Shown piece after piece: positions 1 through 10,006 of a stretch of DNA of 64,000 bases; positions within the stretch are counted from its first letter, which is position 1, and each line of letters opens with the position of its first letter. The stretch comes from a virus. Under the pieces are notes generated by a model. It saw only the letters and a list, made by a program, of their open reading frames with translations, searched no databases and had not been told where the DNA came from. The position numbers were made by a program, and so were the translations under genes. The stretch covers positions 33,781 through 97,780 of IMG/VR virus record IMGVR_UViG_3300034524_000084; one strand, given 5' to 3'.

Positions 1-111
1 TCAAATTGTCATAGAACTTTTGTGTTATCTAATCCACAATTGGAGGGTTATAATTATTGCCCTGTTTGTGGTGCACGGTTTGTAGAATATGCCTACTTGG
101 AGGATGAGTAA
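1..111 (+). CDS. 3' end of small zinc-ribbon protein (partial)
   Basis: Frame 1 reads SNCHRTF...NYCPVCGARFVEYAYLEDE*; its TAA overlaps the next ATG. Confidence 0.6.
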   Translation, partial: SNCHRTFVLSNPQLEGYNYCPVCGARFVEYAYLEDE

Positions 112-602
112 TGATGCGTGAAATAAAATTCCGTGTACGGGATAAAAAAAATAAAAAGATGTATTGTGGGTTTGAACTGGACGACAAATATGAATTCGAC
201 AGACCCAATTTGATAGACTTTAATGGAGAACTATATGCATCAGGTAATATTGGAGATGGTTTTGGAAGTCAATATATAAATTATTGCAATCAGGAAGATT
301 TTGTGCTGATGCAATACACAGGATTAAAAGACAAAAACGGAAAAGAAATTTATGAAGGTGATATTGTACGAGTTATTACAGATAAGAAGGGTGTAATTGG
401 GGAAGTTGTTTATATCCCAGAAGAAACCGCTTTTTGTGTGAAAGCCAAAGGGTTTGAAACATTCCCTTTAGGATTGTTAAGTAATTTTTTTGAGATTGAG
501 GTATTAGGTAATATTTATGAAAATCCAGAGTTATTGGAGGAGGGAGGAGGTATTCTATGCAAAACAAATTGCCATATGATACATCAGCCGAAGCAGGTAT
601 AA
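111..602 (+). CDS. YopX family phage protein
   Basis: MREIKFR...MQYTGLKDKNGKEIYEGDIV...EVLGNIYENPELLE signature. Confidence 0.92.
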   Translation: MMREIKFRVRDKKNKKMYCGFELDDKYEFDRPNLIDFNGELYASGNIGDGFGSQYINYCNQEDFVLMQYTGLKDKNGKEIYEGDIVRVITDKKGVIGEVVYIPEETAFCVKAKGFETFPLGLLSNFFEIEVLGNIYENPELLEEGGGILCKTNCHMIHQPKQV

Positions 603-1897
603 TAGCAACACTTTTGCAACATCCTGATTTTATTTTACATAGTGATTATTTGTCTGCATCGCATTTTTACCATAAAGACAATGGGGCCTTTTATTGGGCT
701 ATTCAGGAATTATACAAAAGTGGTGTAACTAAGATAGACTCGTTTAATTTACTTACACAGATTAATAGTCATAATGGAATTAAAAATTTAATAAGCAGGT
801 ATAATATTGAGTCAATAGATGACTATATAGAAAAATCAAAAAATATTGCGAGACATACAGTAGAAGAATATAAAAAATTAGTAGAAATAGTTGTAGCATT
901 AGCTTTTAAAAGAGAACTCCATAAAAAGTTAATGGAAATTGATGATGTGTGTTTAGATGAAAATAATAATGATATTGCAAAATTAAGTAATTTTGCATAC
1001 AATTCTTTAGATGAAGTTATTACTCAATTTATTACTGCGGAAACAATTGTGCTTTTTGGTGATATAGTAGATGAATTATGGAAAGAAATTGTAGAAAGGA
1101 GAAATCCTAACGGTATGTATGGAATACCATCGAAATATTCATCAATAAATAAGTATTTTACTTATGAGCCTGGTGAATTAGCTTTATTCCAAGCAAGAAT
1201 GAAGCGTGGCAAGTCTGCGTTTATGATGAATGAAGCTATACATAAATTACAAAATGGAATACCAGTTGCTTATTTTGATACTGAAATGCAGTCGAGATTA
1301 TTTTTTGAGAGAATGTTAGCTTATCTTACTAAAATCCCAGTGCAAAAAATTAAATCAGGCAATTATACTACAAGTGAGGAGCAACAAATAGAAGAAGCTA
1401 AAAAATGGTTAAAGAAACAAAAATTTGTACATATATATAACCCTGAATGGACAAATGATAAAATTCTTATTACTGCAAAAATTCTTAAACATAAAATCAA
1501 TTTAGGATTTTTGGTATTTGATTATATAAAAAGCAACACTAAATCTTCAAGTGAACAATATAATGAATTAGGGGCAAAAGCTGATTTTTTAAAAAATAAT
1601 GTAGCAGGCGCTCTTAATATTCCTGTGTTAGCGGGAGCACAACTAAACAGACAAGGACAAACAGCAGATAGTGATAAATTAGAAAGATATTGTAGTGTAA
1701 GTATAATTTGGCGAGAAAAAACAAAAGATGAAATACTTACAGATGGAGAAAATTGTGGCAACTATGCCTTAAACGTAAAATTAAATAGATTAGGTGAACA
1801 AATGCAAGAAGATGACTACATAGATTTCAGGTTTGATGGTAGTATAATGACTATCGAGGAGGCAGAGCAACATTCTAAAGAATTGCCTTTCAACTGA
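557..1897 (+). CDS. dnaB: DnaB-like replicative helicase
   Basis: N-terminal AEAGIIATLL domain, Walker A ARMKRGKS, DTEM, FDYI and AQLNR motifs. Confidence 0.92.
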   Translation: MQNKLPYDTSAEAGIIATLLQHPDFILHSDYLSASHFYHKDNGAFYWAIQELYKSGVTKIDSFNLLTQINSHNGIKNLISRYNIESIDDYIEKSKNIARHTVEEYKKLVEIVVALAFKRELHKKLMEIDDVCLDENNNDIAKLSNFAYNSLDEVITQFITAETIVLFGDIVDELWKEIVERRNPNGMYGIPSKYSSINKYFTYEPGELALFQARMKRGKSAFMMNEAIHKLQNGIPVAYFDTEMQSRLFFERMLAYLTKIPVQKIKSGNYTTSEEQQIEEAKKWLKKQKFVHIYNPEWTNDKILITAKILKHKINLGFLVFDYIKSNTKSSSEQYNELGAKADFLKNNVAGALNIPVLAGAQLNRQGQTADSDKLERYCSVSIIWREKTKDEILTDGENCGNYALNVKLNRLGEQMQEDDYIDFRFDGSIMTIEEAEQHSKELPFN

Positions 1898-1902
1898 TTG
1901 GG

Positions 1903-2925
1903 GTGAGGCATTTGCAAGAGATTGTGAGGCTAATCAAAGAAAGGTTGTTTAATAATCCTATTTTGATTAAAGGTATTTTAGAAAAATTAGGTTTTCATAA
2001 AATAAGAGAATTAAATAACGAAATAAGAGCAGCTTTACCTGATGGTAATAATTGGACAAGTACAGTAGTGAAACTTAATGAAAATCTTTCAACATATATA
2101 TATTCAAGAAATGACTATGATGGGGCAGATATTATATCATTAGTGCAATACATAAAAAAAATGAATTTTTGTCAAGCTATTGAATGGTTATGTTTAGAAT
2201 TAGGTATAGATTATAATAATAATGATATTGAAATAAAGCTTGAAAGTAGTTCATACAAGATTTTTAAAATGTTTGAAAAGAGGGGAGGTGAAAATATTAT
2301 CCATGAAATATTAGACGAAGAAATATTAAAACAATATGAAGATAGGGTTATACAAGAATGGCTTGATGAAGGTATTTCTGAAGAAACACAGCGTAAATTT
2401 GAGGTTAAATTTGACTCTAAAACTAATAGAATAGTGTTCCCTATTAGGGATGAAAATGGTAATCTAATTAATATTAAAGGAAGAACTTGTTTCAGTAATT
2501 ATAAGGAATTAGGTATACCTAAGTATATTTATTATTATAAGTTGGGTACTAATGATATATTGTATGGGTTGTATCAAAACAGAAATAGTATTCAAGATAC
2601 ATTAATAATTGTAGAAGGCGAAAAATCCGTTATGAAATTTGATAGTTTAGGAATCAACAATGTAGTAGCAGTTGGTACGCATACTATTAACAAATACCAA
2701 TTAGATAAAATTTTAGCTTTAAAATGCAGAGAAGTAGTTATTGCGTTTGATAAGGATGTACAATATAAAGAATTAATTGAAGAAGCTAAAAAGCTTAATA
2801 GGTACGTTAACGTAAGTATTATATATGATACTAATAATTATTTAAATGAAAAAGATGCGCCAATCGATCAAGGAATTTTAGTATGGGAAGAATTGTTTGA
2901 GAGGAGAGTTAGAATTGGAAATTAA
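1903..2925 (+). CDS. DNA primase (TOPRIM)
   Basis: RIVFPIRD, KGR, PKY, IIVEGEKS, AFDKD and KDAP motifs; adjacent to helicase. Confidence 0.9.
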   Translation: MRHLQEIVRLIKERLFNNPILIKGILEKLGFHKIRELNNEIRAALPDGNNWTSTVVKLNENLSTYIYSRNDYDGADIISLVQYIKKMNFCQAIEWLCLELGIDYNNNDIEIKLESSSYKIFKMFEKRGGENIIHEILDEEILKQYEDRVIQEWLDEGISEETQRKFEVKFDSKTNRIVFPIRDENGNLINIKGRTCFSNYKELGIPKYIYYYKLGTNDILYGLYQNRNSIQDTLIIVEGEKSVMKFDSLGINNVVAVGTHTINKYQLDKILALKCREVVIAFDKDVQYKELIEEAKKLNRYVNVSIIYDTNNYLNEKDAPIDQGILVWEELFERRVRIGN

Positions 2926-3682
2926 AGAAAAAATAGAACAAATGTGTTGGAGTTATTCTAGGTTAAATGCATATCATACTTGTCCTTATATGTTTTATCT
3001 TCAATACATAAAAGAATATCAAGGAATCCCATCGGCATTTGGCTTATTTGGAAGTTTTGTGCATTCAATTTTAGAAAAATATTTTAAAGGTGAATTACTT
3101 GTTTTTGAATTAAGTGAATATTACAAAGAAAACTTTGATAAAGAAGTATATGTAGACTTTCCTCCTAATGCTTATGTAGATTTACGCCAGCGATATTTTG
3201 AAACTGGGTTGGATTTCTTTAATAATTTTAATGGATATGAGAACTTAAAAATTCTTGAGGTAGAACCTGAAGTCAACTTTAAAATAGCTAAATATTGTAT
3301 GCGTGGGTTTATTGATTTATTAGCACGAGACCAAGATAATAACTTGATAATTATCGATCATAAAACGAGGTCAGAATTTAAATCAAGGAAGGAATTAGAT
3401 GAATATTTAAGACAATTGTATTTGTATAGCATACCAATTGTTGAAAAATATAAAGAATACCCTAAAGAACTAATTCTTAACATGATAAAAGAAAAAAGAG
3501 ATATAAAAGTAGAATATAATACTAAAAAATTAGAAGAGGCTAAAATGTGGGTAATTCATACAATTGATACGATAAAAAATGATAATGAATTTAAAGCCAA
3601 ACCATCTCAGTTTTTCTGTGATTACATATGTAGTGTTAGAGAGTATTGCCCTAATAGCAATAAGTATTTGGGGATAGCTTAG
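2897..3682 (+). CDS. PD-(D/E)XK Cas4/RecB-like exonuclease
   Basis: SYSRL..Y.TCP, GSFVHSILE, GFIDL, IIDHKT, QLYLY; one N-terminal plus three C-terminal Cys (CDYIC...C). Confidence 0.85.
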   Translation: MRGELELEIKEKIEQMCWSYSRLNAYHTCPYMFYLQYIKEYQGIPSAFGLFGSFVHSILEKYFKGELLVFELSEYYKENFDKEVYVDFPPNAYVDLRQRYFETGLDFFNNFNGYENLKILEVEPEVNFKIAKYCMRGFIDLLARDQDNNLIIIDHKTRSEFKSRKELDEYLRQLYLYSIPIVEKYKEYPKELILNMIKEKRDIKVEYNTKKLEEAKMWVIHTIDTIKNDNEFKAKPSQFFCDYICSVREYCPNSNKYLGIA

Positions 3683-3694
3683 GGGGTATTTGAA

Positions 3695-6600
3695 ATGTTC
3701 GTGAGTTTGCATAATCACTCTATGTATTCTTTATTAGATGCTATTTCAAAACCAGACGAAATAATAGAAAAAGTTAAACAATTAGGGCAAAATGCATTTG
3801 CTATTACAGATCATGGAGTGGTTTATGGTGCAGTAGAATTTTATAAGTTAGCTAAAGAAAATGGACTCAAGTTTATTTATGGTGCTGAAATGTATATTTG
3901 TGATGATATTAATATAAGAGATAAAAATAATAAATATTATCATCTTGTTGTGTTAGCAAAAAATGAAACGGGAAGGATAAACTTAAATAAGCTAATAAGC
4001 GCAAGCAATTTAAAGGGGAAGTACTACAAACCACGTATTGATTTTAATATTCTCAAACAACATAAAGAAGGATTAATAGTTTTAAGTGCTTGTATGGCGG
4101 GGGAAATACAAAGAGCAATACAAGATAGTGATATAGTTTTAGCTAAAAAGATAGCATTAAAATATAAAAATGAATTCGGGAACGATTATTACTTAGAAAT
4201 TCAAAGTCATCGAGACCCCGAACAACAAAGACTCAATAGAATTGTAGTTGATATAGCTAAAGAATTAGGTATACCTTATGTAGTTACTACTGATAGTCAT
4301 TATGTTAATAAAGAAGACCAAGAATACCATAGTATATTTGTGTCAATAGGACGAGAAAGAGAACCAGGAGAAACATACAATGATTGTTATTGGCAGTCAG
4401 AGGAAGAAATATATAAAATTAATTTAGGAACACTCACAGAAGAAGAAATAGAAGTAGCAATAGAAAATACAGTTAAAATAGCTGAACAGTGTAATGTAGA
4501 TATGCCTTTATCACCTCCAATTATACCGCATGTGCAAATACCAAAAGAATTCAACTCTGAAATGGAATATTTAAAATATTTGTGTAAAAAAGGATGGGAA
4601 AAACGTGGTATAAGCAAACTACCAAATGTGAAAGAGTATAAAGAAAGGTTGCTTTACGAATTAGATGCTGTCGAAAAAATGGATTTTGCAGGATATTTCT
4701 TACTTGTGAGAAGTTATACAAATCAACTCAAGAGAAAAGGAATAGCAAGAGGCAGCAGTGGTGGTTCACTAATAGCATATTTGTTGGGTATCGTTGATAT
4801 TGACCCTATAAAATATGGTTTATATTTTGAAAGATTTATTGATACTTCTATATTACAAAAGATAGAAGAAGGTACTCTTAAACCAGAAGAATTAAAAGTA
4901 CCTGATATAGATGTTGATATGAGCCCAGCAGAAAGAGAAGAAGTTTTACGATTTATTATAAATACATACGGGCAAGAAAATGTGGTAAATATAGGAACAT
5001 TCCAATATTTGAGGGCTAAAAACGCCATTAAAGATATTGGTAGAGTTTTAGGAATACCTTTTGAAATTACGAATAAAATTACTAAAAACCTTGATAAAGA
5101 GACTATAGAAGAAGCTCTTGAGATGGGGTTATTAGACGAATACAAAGAGCAATATGGTGAACTATTTAAATATGCGCAAAAATTAGCGGGGCTACCAAAA
5201 GCTTTATCTGTACATGCAAGTGGGAAAATTATTACTACCAAACCAGTAAACCATTATTTCCCTGTAACAACAAATGATGATGGTGAGGTAATAATACAAT
5301 GTGATATGCATTCAGCAGAGGCATTAGGGTTAGTTAAAATTGATTTATTAGGGTTGCGTACTTTAGATGTAATATATGATGTTTTAGAGATGATAGGTAA
5401 AGATTATTCCTATATTGACCCACACAAGATTAATTTAGAAGATGATAATGTATTTAAGTTATTTAGAGATGGTAGAACTAATGGAGTGTTTCAGTTTGAA
5501 TCCAACGGAATGAAAGATGTATTAAAGAGAATGCAGGTATCAAGCTTAGATGATTTAGGTGTTGCTAATGCACTTTTTAGACCAGGAGCAAAGAAATATA
5601 TTGACAACTATATCAACAGAAAATTTGGAGTAGAAAAATTTGAGTACTTACACCCTGACTTAGAACCAATTTTAAAAAATACGTATGGTATTATAGTATT
5701 CCAAGAACAATTAATTGAAATAGGCAGATTAGCAGGATTGAGAAACCCAGACCTTTTAAGGAAGGCAACTGCTAAAAAAATACCAGAACTAATGGAGGTA
5801 ATTGAACCCGAACTTAAAGAAGGGCTCAAGAAAAGAGGATGGACTCAAGAACAAGTTGACAAATTGTGGGATGATATAATTGACTTTGCACACTATTCAT
5901 TTAATAAAGCTCATTCTTTTGCTTATGCTTTAACTGCTTACATTACAGCTTTCTTAAAGGTATATCACCCTAAAGAATTTATGTGTGCTCTATTGAATTC
6001 CTATGAAGGCAAAATAGATAAAATTGCTGAATCTTTAGAAGAATTAAGAAGGATGGAAATTCAAGTAGAAAAGTTTGATTATAAAAACTGTTATTCTTTA
6101 TGTGAAATTAAAAATGGTAAATTTTATTATGGAGTTGGGTTAATTAAACATTGTAATAGAGATATAGCTACTGAATTAAGAAAACTTAATAAACATTATG
6201 ATAGTTTTATAGATTTGTTAGTTGATATAGTTAATGAAACATCAATTAATTCAAAACAAATGGAAACATTAATAGTATTAAATTTCTTTAGTGAGTTTGG
6301 TAACAATAAAAAGTTACTAACGTTATGGAAAGAGTTTAAAGAAGGCAAAAACAAGTATAGTAAAAACTATGCTGAAAAAACCAAGGTTAAACGTGTGGAA
6401 GCATTAAAGAAAATAGAAAAAGAAATACTAAATGAGAAAATTTCCCTACATGAACAAATAATGTATGAGTACGAGTTTTTAGGTTATCCTATTTCAACTT
6501 ATGATGTGCCCAAACAATACTCTATAGTGCTTGAATTAGACAAAAAATATACTCCTAAAGTATTATTATACAATTTAAACACAGGTAAAACTGCTACAGT

Positions 6601-6769
6601 AAAAGTATCTCAAAAGTTATTCAATCGCAATAAATTTAAGGTAGGTGATGTATTATATATTACAAAATTTATTAAAAAACCTCAGGTCAAATATGAAGAT
6701 GGGCAATACATAGAAGTAAGGGGGGAATTTGATTGGTGGATTGAAAAATATGAGATAAAATCATTTTAA
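3695..6769 (+). CDS. dnaE: DNA polymerase III alpha subunit
   Basis: PHP motifs HNHSMYSLLD/TDHG, RGSSGGSL, PDIDVD, KIDLLGL, YSFNKAH. Confidence 0.97.
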   Translation: MFVSLHNHSMYSLLDAISKPDEIIEKVKQLGQNAFAITDHGVVYGAVEFYKLAKENGLKFIYGAEMYICDDINIRDKNNKYYHLVVLAKNETGRINLNKLISASNLKGKYYKPRIDFNILKQHKEGLIVLSACMAGEIQRAIQDSDIVLAKKIALKYKNEFGNDYYLEIQSHRDPEQQRLNRIVVDIAKELGIPYVVTTDSHYVNKEDQEYHSIFVSIGREREPGETYNDCYWQSEEEIYKINLGTLTEEEIEVAIENTVKIAEQCNVDMPLSPPIIPHVQIPKEFNSEMEYLKYLCKKGWEKRGISKLPNVKEYKERLLYELDAVEKMDFAGYFLLVRSYTNQLKRKGIARGSSGGSLIAYLLGIVDIDPIKYGLYFERFIDTSILQKIEEGTLKPEELKVPDIDVDMSPAEREEVLRFIINTYGQENVVNIGTFQYLRAKNAIKDIGRVLGIPFEITNKITKNLDKETIEEALEMGLLDEYKEQYGELFKYAQKLAGLPKALSVHASGKIITTKPVNHYFPVTTNDDGEVIIQCDMHSAEALGLVKIDLLGLRTLDVIYDVLEMIGKDYSYIDPHKINLEDDNVFKLFRDGRTNGVFQFESNGMKDVLKRMQVSSLDDLGVANALFRPGAKKYIDNYINRKFGVEKFEYLHPDLEPILKNTYGIIVFQEQLIEIGRLAGLRNPDLLRKATAKKIPELMEVIEPELKEGLKKRGWTQEQVDKLWDDIIDFAHYSFNKAHSFAYALTAYITAFLKVYHPKEFMCALLNSYEGKIDKIAESLEELRRMEIQVEKFDYKNCYSLCEIKNGKFYYGVGLIKHCNRDIATELRKLNKHYDSFIDLLVDIVNETSINSKQMETLIVLNFFSEFGNNKKLLTLWKEFKEGKNKYSKNYAEKTKVKRVEALKKIEKEILNEKISLHEQIMYEYEFLGYPISTYDVPKQYSIVLELDKKYTPKVLLYNLNTGKTATVKVSQKLFNRNKFKVGDVLYITKFIKKPQVKYEDGQYIEVRGEFDWWIEKYEIKSF

Positions 6770-6781
6770 GGGGGTAAAAGT

Positions 6782-6958
6782 GTGAGTAAGAAGTTGTGGA
6801 AATTATTATGGGGTATTTTAGTTGTATTAACTTTATATAATATGGTTGGTGTTGTTTTAGATATTGTATCAATCAGTAAGTTTGCTTATGAATTGGCATT
6901 AGCTTTATTGTTTATTTTTGAGGTGTTAATGTTTAATGCTGAAATTAAAATAAAATAA
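6782..6958 (+). CDS. small membrane protein (58 aa)
   Basis: GTG after GGGGG RBS; two hydrophobic segments. Confidence 0.55.
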   Translation: MSKKLWKLLWGILVVLTLYNMVGVVLDIVSISKFAYELALALLFIFEVLMFNAEIKIK

Positions 6959-6977
6959 ATTTGGGAGGATGATTTGT

Positions 6978-7145
6978 ATGAAAAAATTCCAGACTATTGA
7001 AGAACTAAATGAATACATCAAAAAAGAGTATGCTTGTGAGAATATTGAAGATCTACTGAAAGACTATGAGAGAGTATTGGATATTTTAAGTAAAATAGCA
7101 TATTTGGCTAACCAGTTGATAAAACAAATTATATTGTTAAATTAA
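6978..7145 (+). CDS. small hypothetical protein (possibly altered at its 3' end)
   Basis: GGAGG RBS; MKKFQTIEELNEY...; overlaps start of Mom-like remnant in another frame. Confidence 0.45.
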   Translation: MKKFQTIEELNEYIKKEYACENIEDLLKDYERVLDILSKIAYLANQLIKQIILLN

Positions 7146-7774
7146 TAGATAAAAAACTTGCAAAACAAATAATAATAGAAAATCATTATTCTCACAAGTG
7201 GACATCATGTAAATATGCACTTGGCTTATATGATAATAATATTTTGTTGGGAGTTGCAATTTATGGATTCCCAGTAGGACGACAAGTAGTTAAATCAATA
7301 TCGCCAATCTTAGAAAACAAAAATGTTTTAGAGTTAACAAGATTTTGGGTAAGTGATTTAGCGGAATACAATACTGAAAGTTACTTTTTGAGTTAAACTT
7401 TTAAATGGTTAAGAAATAATGATAAAGATGTTTGGGTGTTAATTGCATATTCTGATCCTATGTACGGTCATGTTGGTTATATTTATCAAGCTACTAATTG
7501 GTTGTATCAAGGGAATAGTACAATGTTGGTAAAGGGTTATTTGCATTATGTTAATGGAGAGTGGTTACATCCAAGAACTTGTGTGGCAAGATATGGGACT
7601 ATTAAATCCCATGAATTATTAAAAATAGATCCTAATTATAAAAGACGAGAAATGCCAAAAAAACATAGATATATTTATATTCTGAATAAAAAGTATAAGA
7701 AATTAATTTTAAATACTTTAAAACATCCAATATTGCCCTATCCTAAAAATAATAATGATAATGGAGGTATATAA
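7112..7774 (+). pseudogene. Mom-like (GNAT) adenine-modification gene, disrupted
   Basis: One frame reads ...IIENHYSHK...LGVAIYG...LELTRFW...NTESYFLS*TFKWL...LIAYSDP..GHVGYIYQATNW; in-frame TAA at 7394-7396; no clear start (TAA at 7109-7111). Confidence 0.8.
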
Positions 7775-8363
7775 TTTGAGTAGTACTAATAGAAGTCAAG
7801 CAAGAGATTTTCACATTTCCGATTATTATGTTACTCCCACATCAGAGATAGTAAAATTTTTGTATGAATTTTTGCAAATAGAGAGTATAGAGATAGAATA
7901 TAGAAAAAATATAAAAGTATTAGATCCAGCAGCAGGGGGAGATAAAATACATAAAATGAGCTATCCAGAAGCTTTAAAAAAGTTTGGGTTTGAAAACATA
8001 GACACTATAGATATTAGACAAGATTCGCTTGCACAATATAAACAGGATTACTTGATGACTAATTGTAAAAACAAATATGATATGATAATAACTAATCCTC
8101 CTTTCAGTCTTGCTCTAAATTTTATACAAAAAGCATTAGATGATGTAAAAGATGATGGATGGGTAATAATGTTACTACGTTTGAACTTTTTCGGTGGTAA
8201 ACAACGCTTTGGGTTCTGGCAACATAATATGCCTAAGTATTGTTTTGTACATCATAAACGTATGAGTTTCACAGATGATGGCAAGACAGATTCTATTGAA
8301 TATTGTCATATGGTGTGGCAAAAAGGATATAAATCTGAGTTCACGAAGTTGATGGTAATATAA
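7755..8363 (+). CDS. SAM-dependent DNA methyltransferase (N6-adenine type)
   Basis: DYYVTP, VLDPAAG SAM-binding motif, ITNPPF catalytic motif. Confidence 0.85.
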   Translation: MIMEVYNLSSTNRSQARDFHISDYYVTPTSEIVKFLYEFLQIESIEIEYRKNIKVLDPAAGGDKIHKMSYPEALKKFGFENIDTIDIRQDSLAQYKQDYLMTNCKNKYDMIITNPPFSLALNFIQKALDDVKDDGWVIMLLRLNFFGGKQRFGFWQHNMPKYCFVHHKRMSFTDDGKTDSIEYCHMVWQKGYKSEFTKLMVI

Positions 8364-8430
8364 TAATGATTTAAATAAAATTGGTCTTTTATTAAAATCA
8401 TACATTATAATAATAAGGAGACGTGATTAT

Positions 8431-9150
8431 ATGTTAGAATTGAATAAGATTTACAATATGGATTGTTTAGAAGGTCTTGATTTATTAGATAATGAGTCAG
8501 TTGACCTCATAGTAACAAGTCCTCCTTATTACAATGCCAACAAAAAATACCAGCGTGGTAGTGGAATTCATTACACAATGGATATTGGTGAACCGCTTTA
8601 TGTTGTTGAAGATATATTTCAAAAAAGTTATCGAATTTTAAAAAATGATGGTTTTTTGTGTATTAATTTAGGATTTTCATATGGTGAAACAGGTGTATTA
8701 AGACCATTTTATATTTTACAGCGAGCCATAAAATTAAAGTGGTTTGTTATTGATACAATTATTTGGGTTAAAACAAATCTAATTCCTATTAAAAATAGAT
8801 TAACTAATGCATTTGAGTATATTTTTGTTTTAGCCAAACATCCACATACTGAGTATCCTTCTAAACCTACTTATGTAAAAAATGTTATCGAGACTTCTAT
8901 ATCTAAACCAAAAGATGCTTATTTTCACAATGCAGTTTTTCCTTTAGAAATCCCTAAATTTTGTATTGAAATTTTTACTAAAAAAGGTGATATTGTTTTA
9001 GATCCTTTTATGGGTAGTGGAACAACAGCAATAGCAGCTTTAGAGTTAGGGAGAAAATTTATAGGATTCGAGATAAATCCTGAATATGTCGAGTTGGCTA
9101 ATCAAAGAATTAAGAATTATTTTAATGAAACAGGGAGCAAATCAAAATGA
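8431..9150 (+). CDS. N4-cytosine/N6-adenine DNA methyltransferase, beta class
   Basis: VTSPPY before HNAVFP and LDPFMGSGTT. Confidence 0.92.
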   Translation: MLELNKIYNMDCLEGLDLLDNESVDLIVTSPPYYNANKKYQRGSGIHYTMDIGEPLYVVEDIFQKSYRILKNDGFLCINLGFSYGETGVLRPFYILQRAIKLKWFVIDTIIWVKTNLIPIKNRLTNAFEYIFVLAKHPHTEYPSKPTYVKNVIETSISKPKDAYFHNAVFPLEIPKFCIEIFTKKGDIVLDPFMGSGTTAIAALELGRKFIGFEINPEYVELANQRIKNYFNETGSKSK

Positions 9151-9188
9151 TAATTGAAAGAAAATGGGCTATGCCTAATAAAATCTAA
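9147..9188 (+). pseudogene. 13-codon stub resembling the N-terminus of a phage adenine methylase
   Basis: ATGA-coupled start; MIIERKWAMPNK resembles, from memory, a common phage MTase N-terminus; stops immediately. Confidence 0.5.
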
Positions 9189-9697
9189 CTTTTATTAGGT
9201 GGGATTATGGGCCTTATGCCCAAGCGATTAAGAGTGAATTAAATGACCTTATATTTTACGGTTTAGTAAAGAGGGAAACAGTTTGCTACCATGATGGAAG
9301 AAAAGTATATTTACATAAACCTAGTGATACAAATATAGCAATCAAATTTCCATTGGATGCCAATAAAAGGTATATAGCAGATAGAATTATTTTAGAGTTG
9401 AGTTATAAATCGTATGAAGATATGATAAAGATAGTATATTCCACTCCTCCAATGGAAAAAATCCTTAAAGAAGAAGAAAGTACTGGATCAAAATTATATG
9501 GGAGGAGGTTGAATATGAAAGAGGCTGAGAAAATCTACAGTCCAACTAAAGAAAGATTAATAGCTGCTAGAAAAAGAAGACTGGAGAGAAAAAGCAAAGG
9601 TTCTGATAAAGAATATCTAGAATGTATTATTAAGGAATATACAGCATTAGAGCCCTTACGAAGGGAGGCATCAAAGGTTGGCATCTACAAATTATAG
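9182..9697 (+). pseudogene. 5'-truncated Panacea/DUF4065 (SocA-like) antitoxin-like gene
   Basis: Frame open upstream of the 9353 TTG: NLTFIRWDYGPYAQAI (W.YGP motif) ...VYSTPPM; no start codon. Confidence 0.55.
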
Positions 9698-9902
9698 TTC
9701 CCCACAGTTTCTCAGTAAAGATGATTTAATAGATGAGCGAACATTTAATTTTGGGGAGATATGGAAAATTAGAGATTGTCTTATTTCTATTCCAGATGCA
9801 GATAGAATAAATAGTAGAAATGAACATTATTATGTGATAAAATTTAAAGGTGGGCATTCAGAAAAAATACCCACCCCAACTATTGACAAAGAGCCTATTT
9901 AA
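9678..9902 (+). pseudogene. short/truncated PemK/MazF-like toxin fragment
   Basis: FNFGEIWKIRD N-terminal motif, follows Panacea-like gene, only 74 aa. Confidence 0.4.
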
Positions 9903-10006
9903 TAATGGCTTTGCTTATATCGGCTTTTATATGGTTTATTATTAAAAAACAAGATTAAAATAAAACTGGAGTTTTAGTGATATATAAATAATTCACAGGG
10001 GGAATA

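Noticed and set aside
7394-7396. Stop-codon reassignment
   Set aside because: TAA terminates most genes normally; other split genes are explained by introns or the IS.
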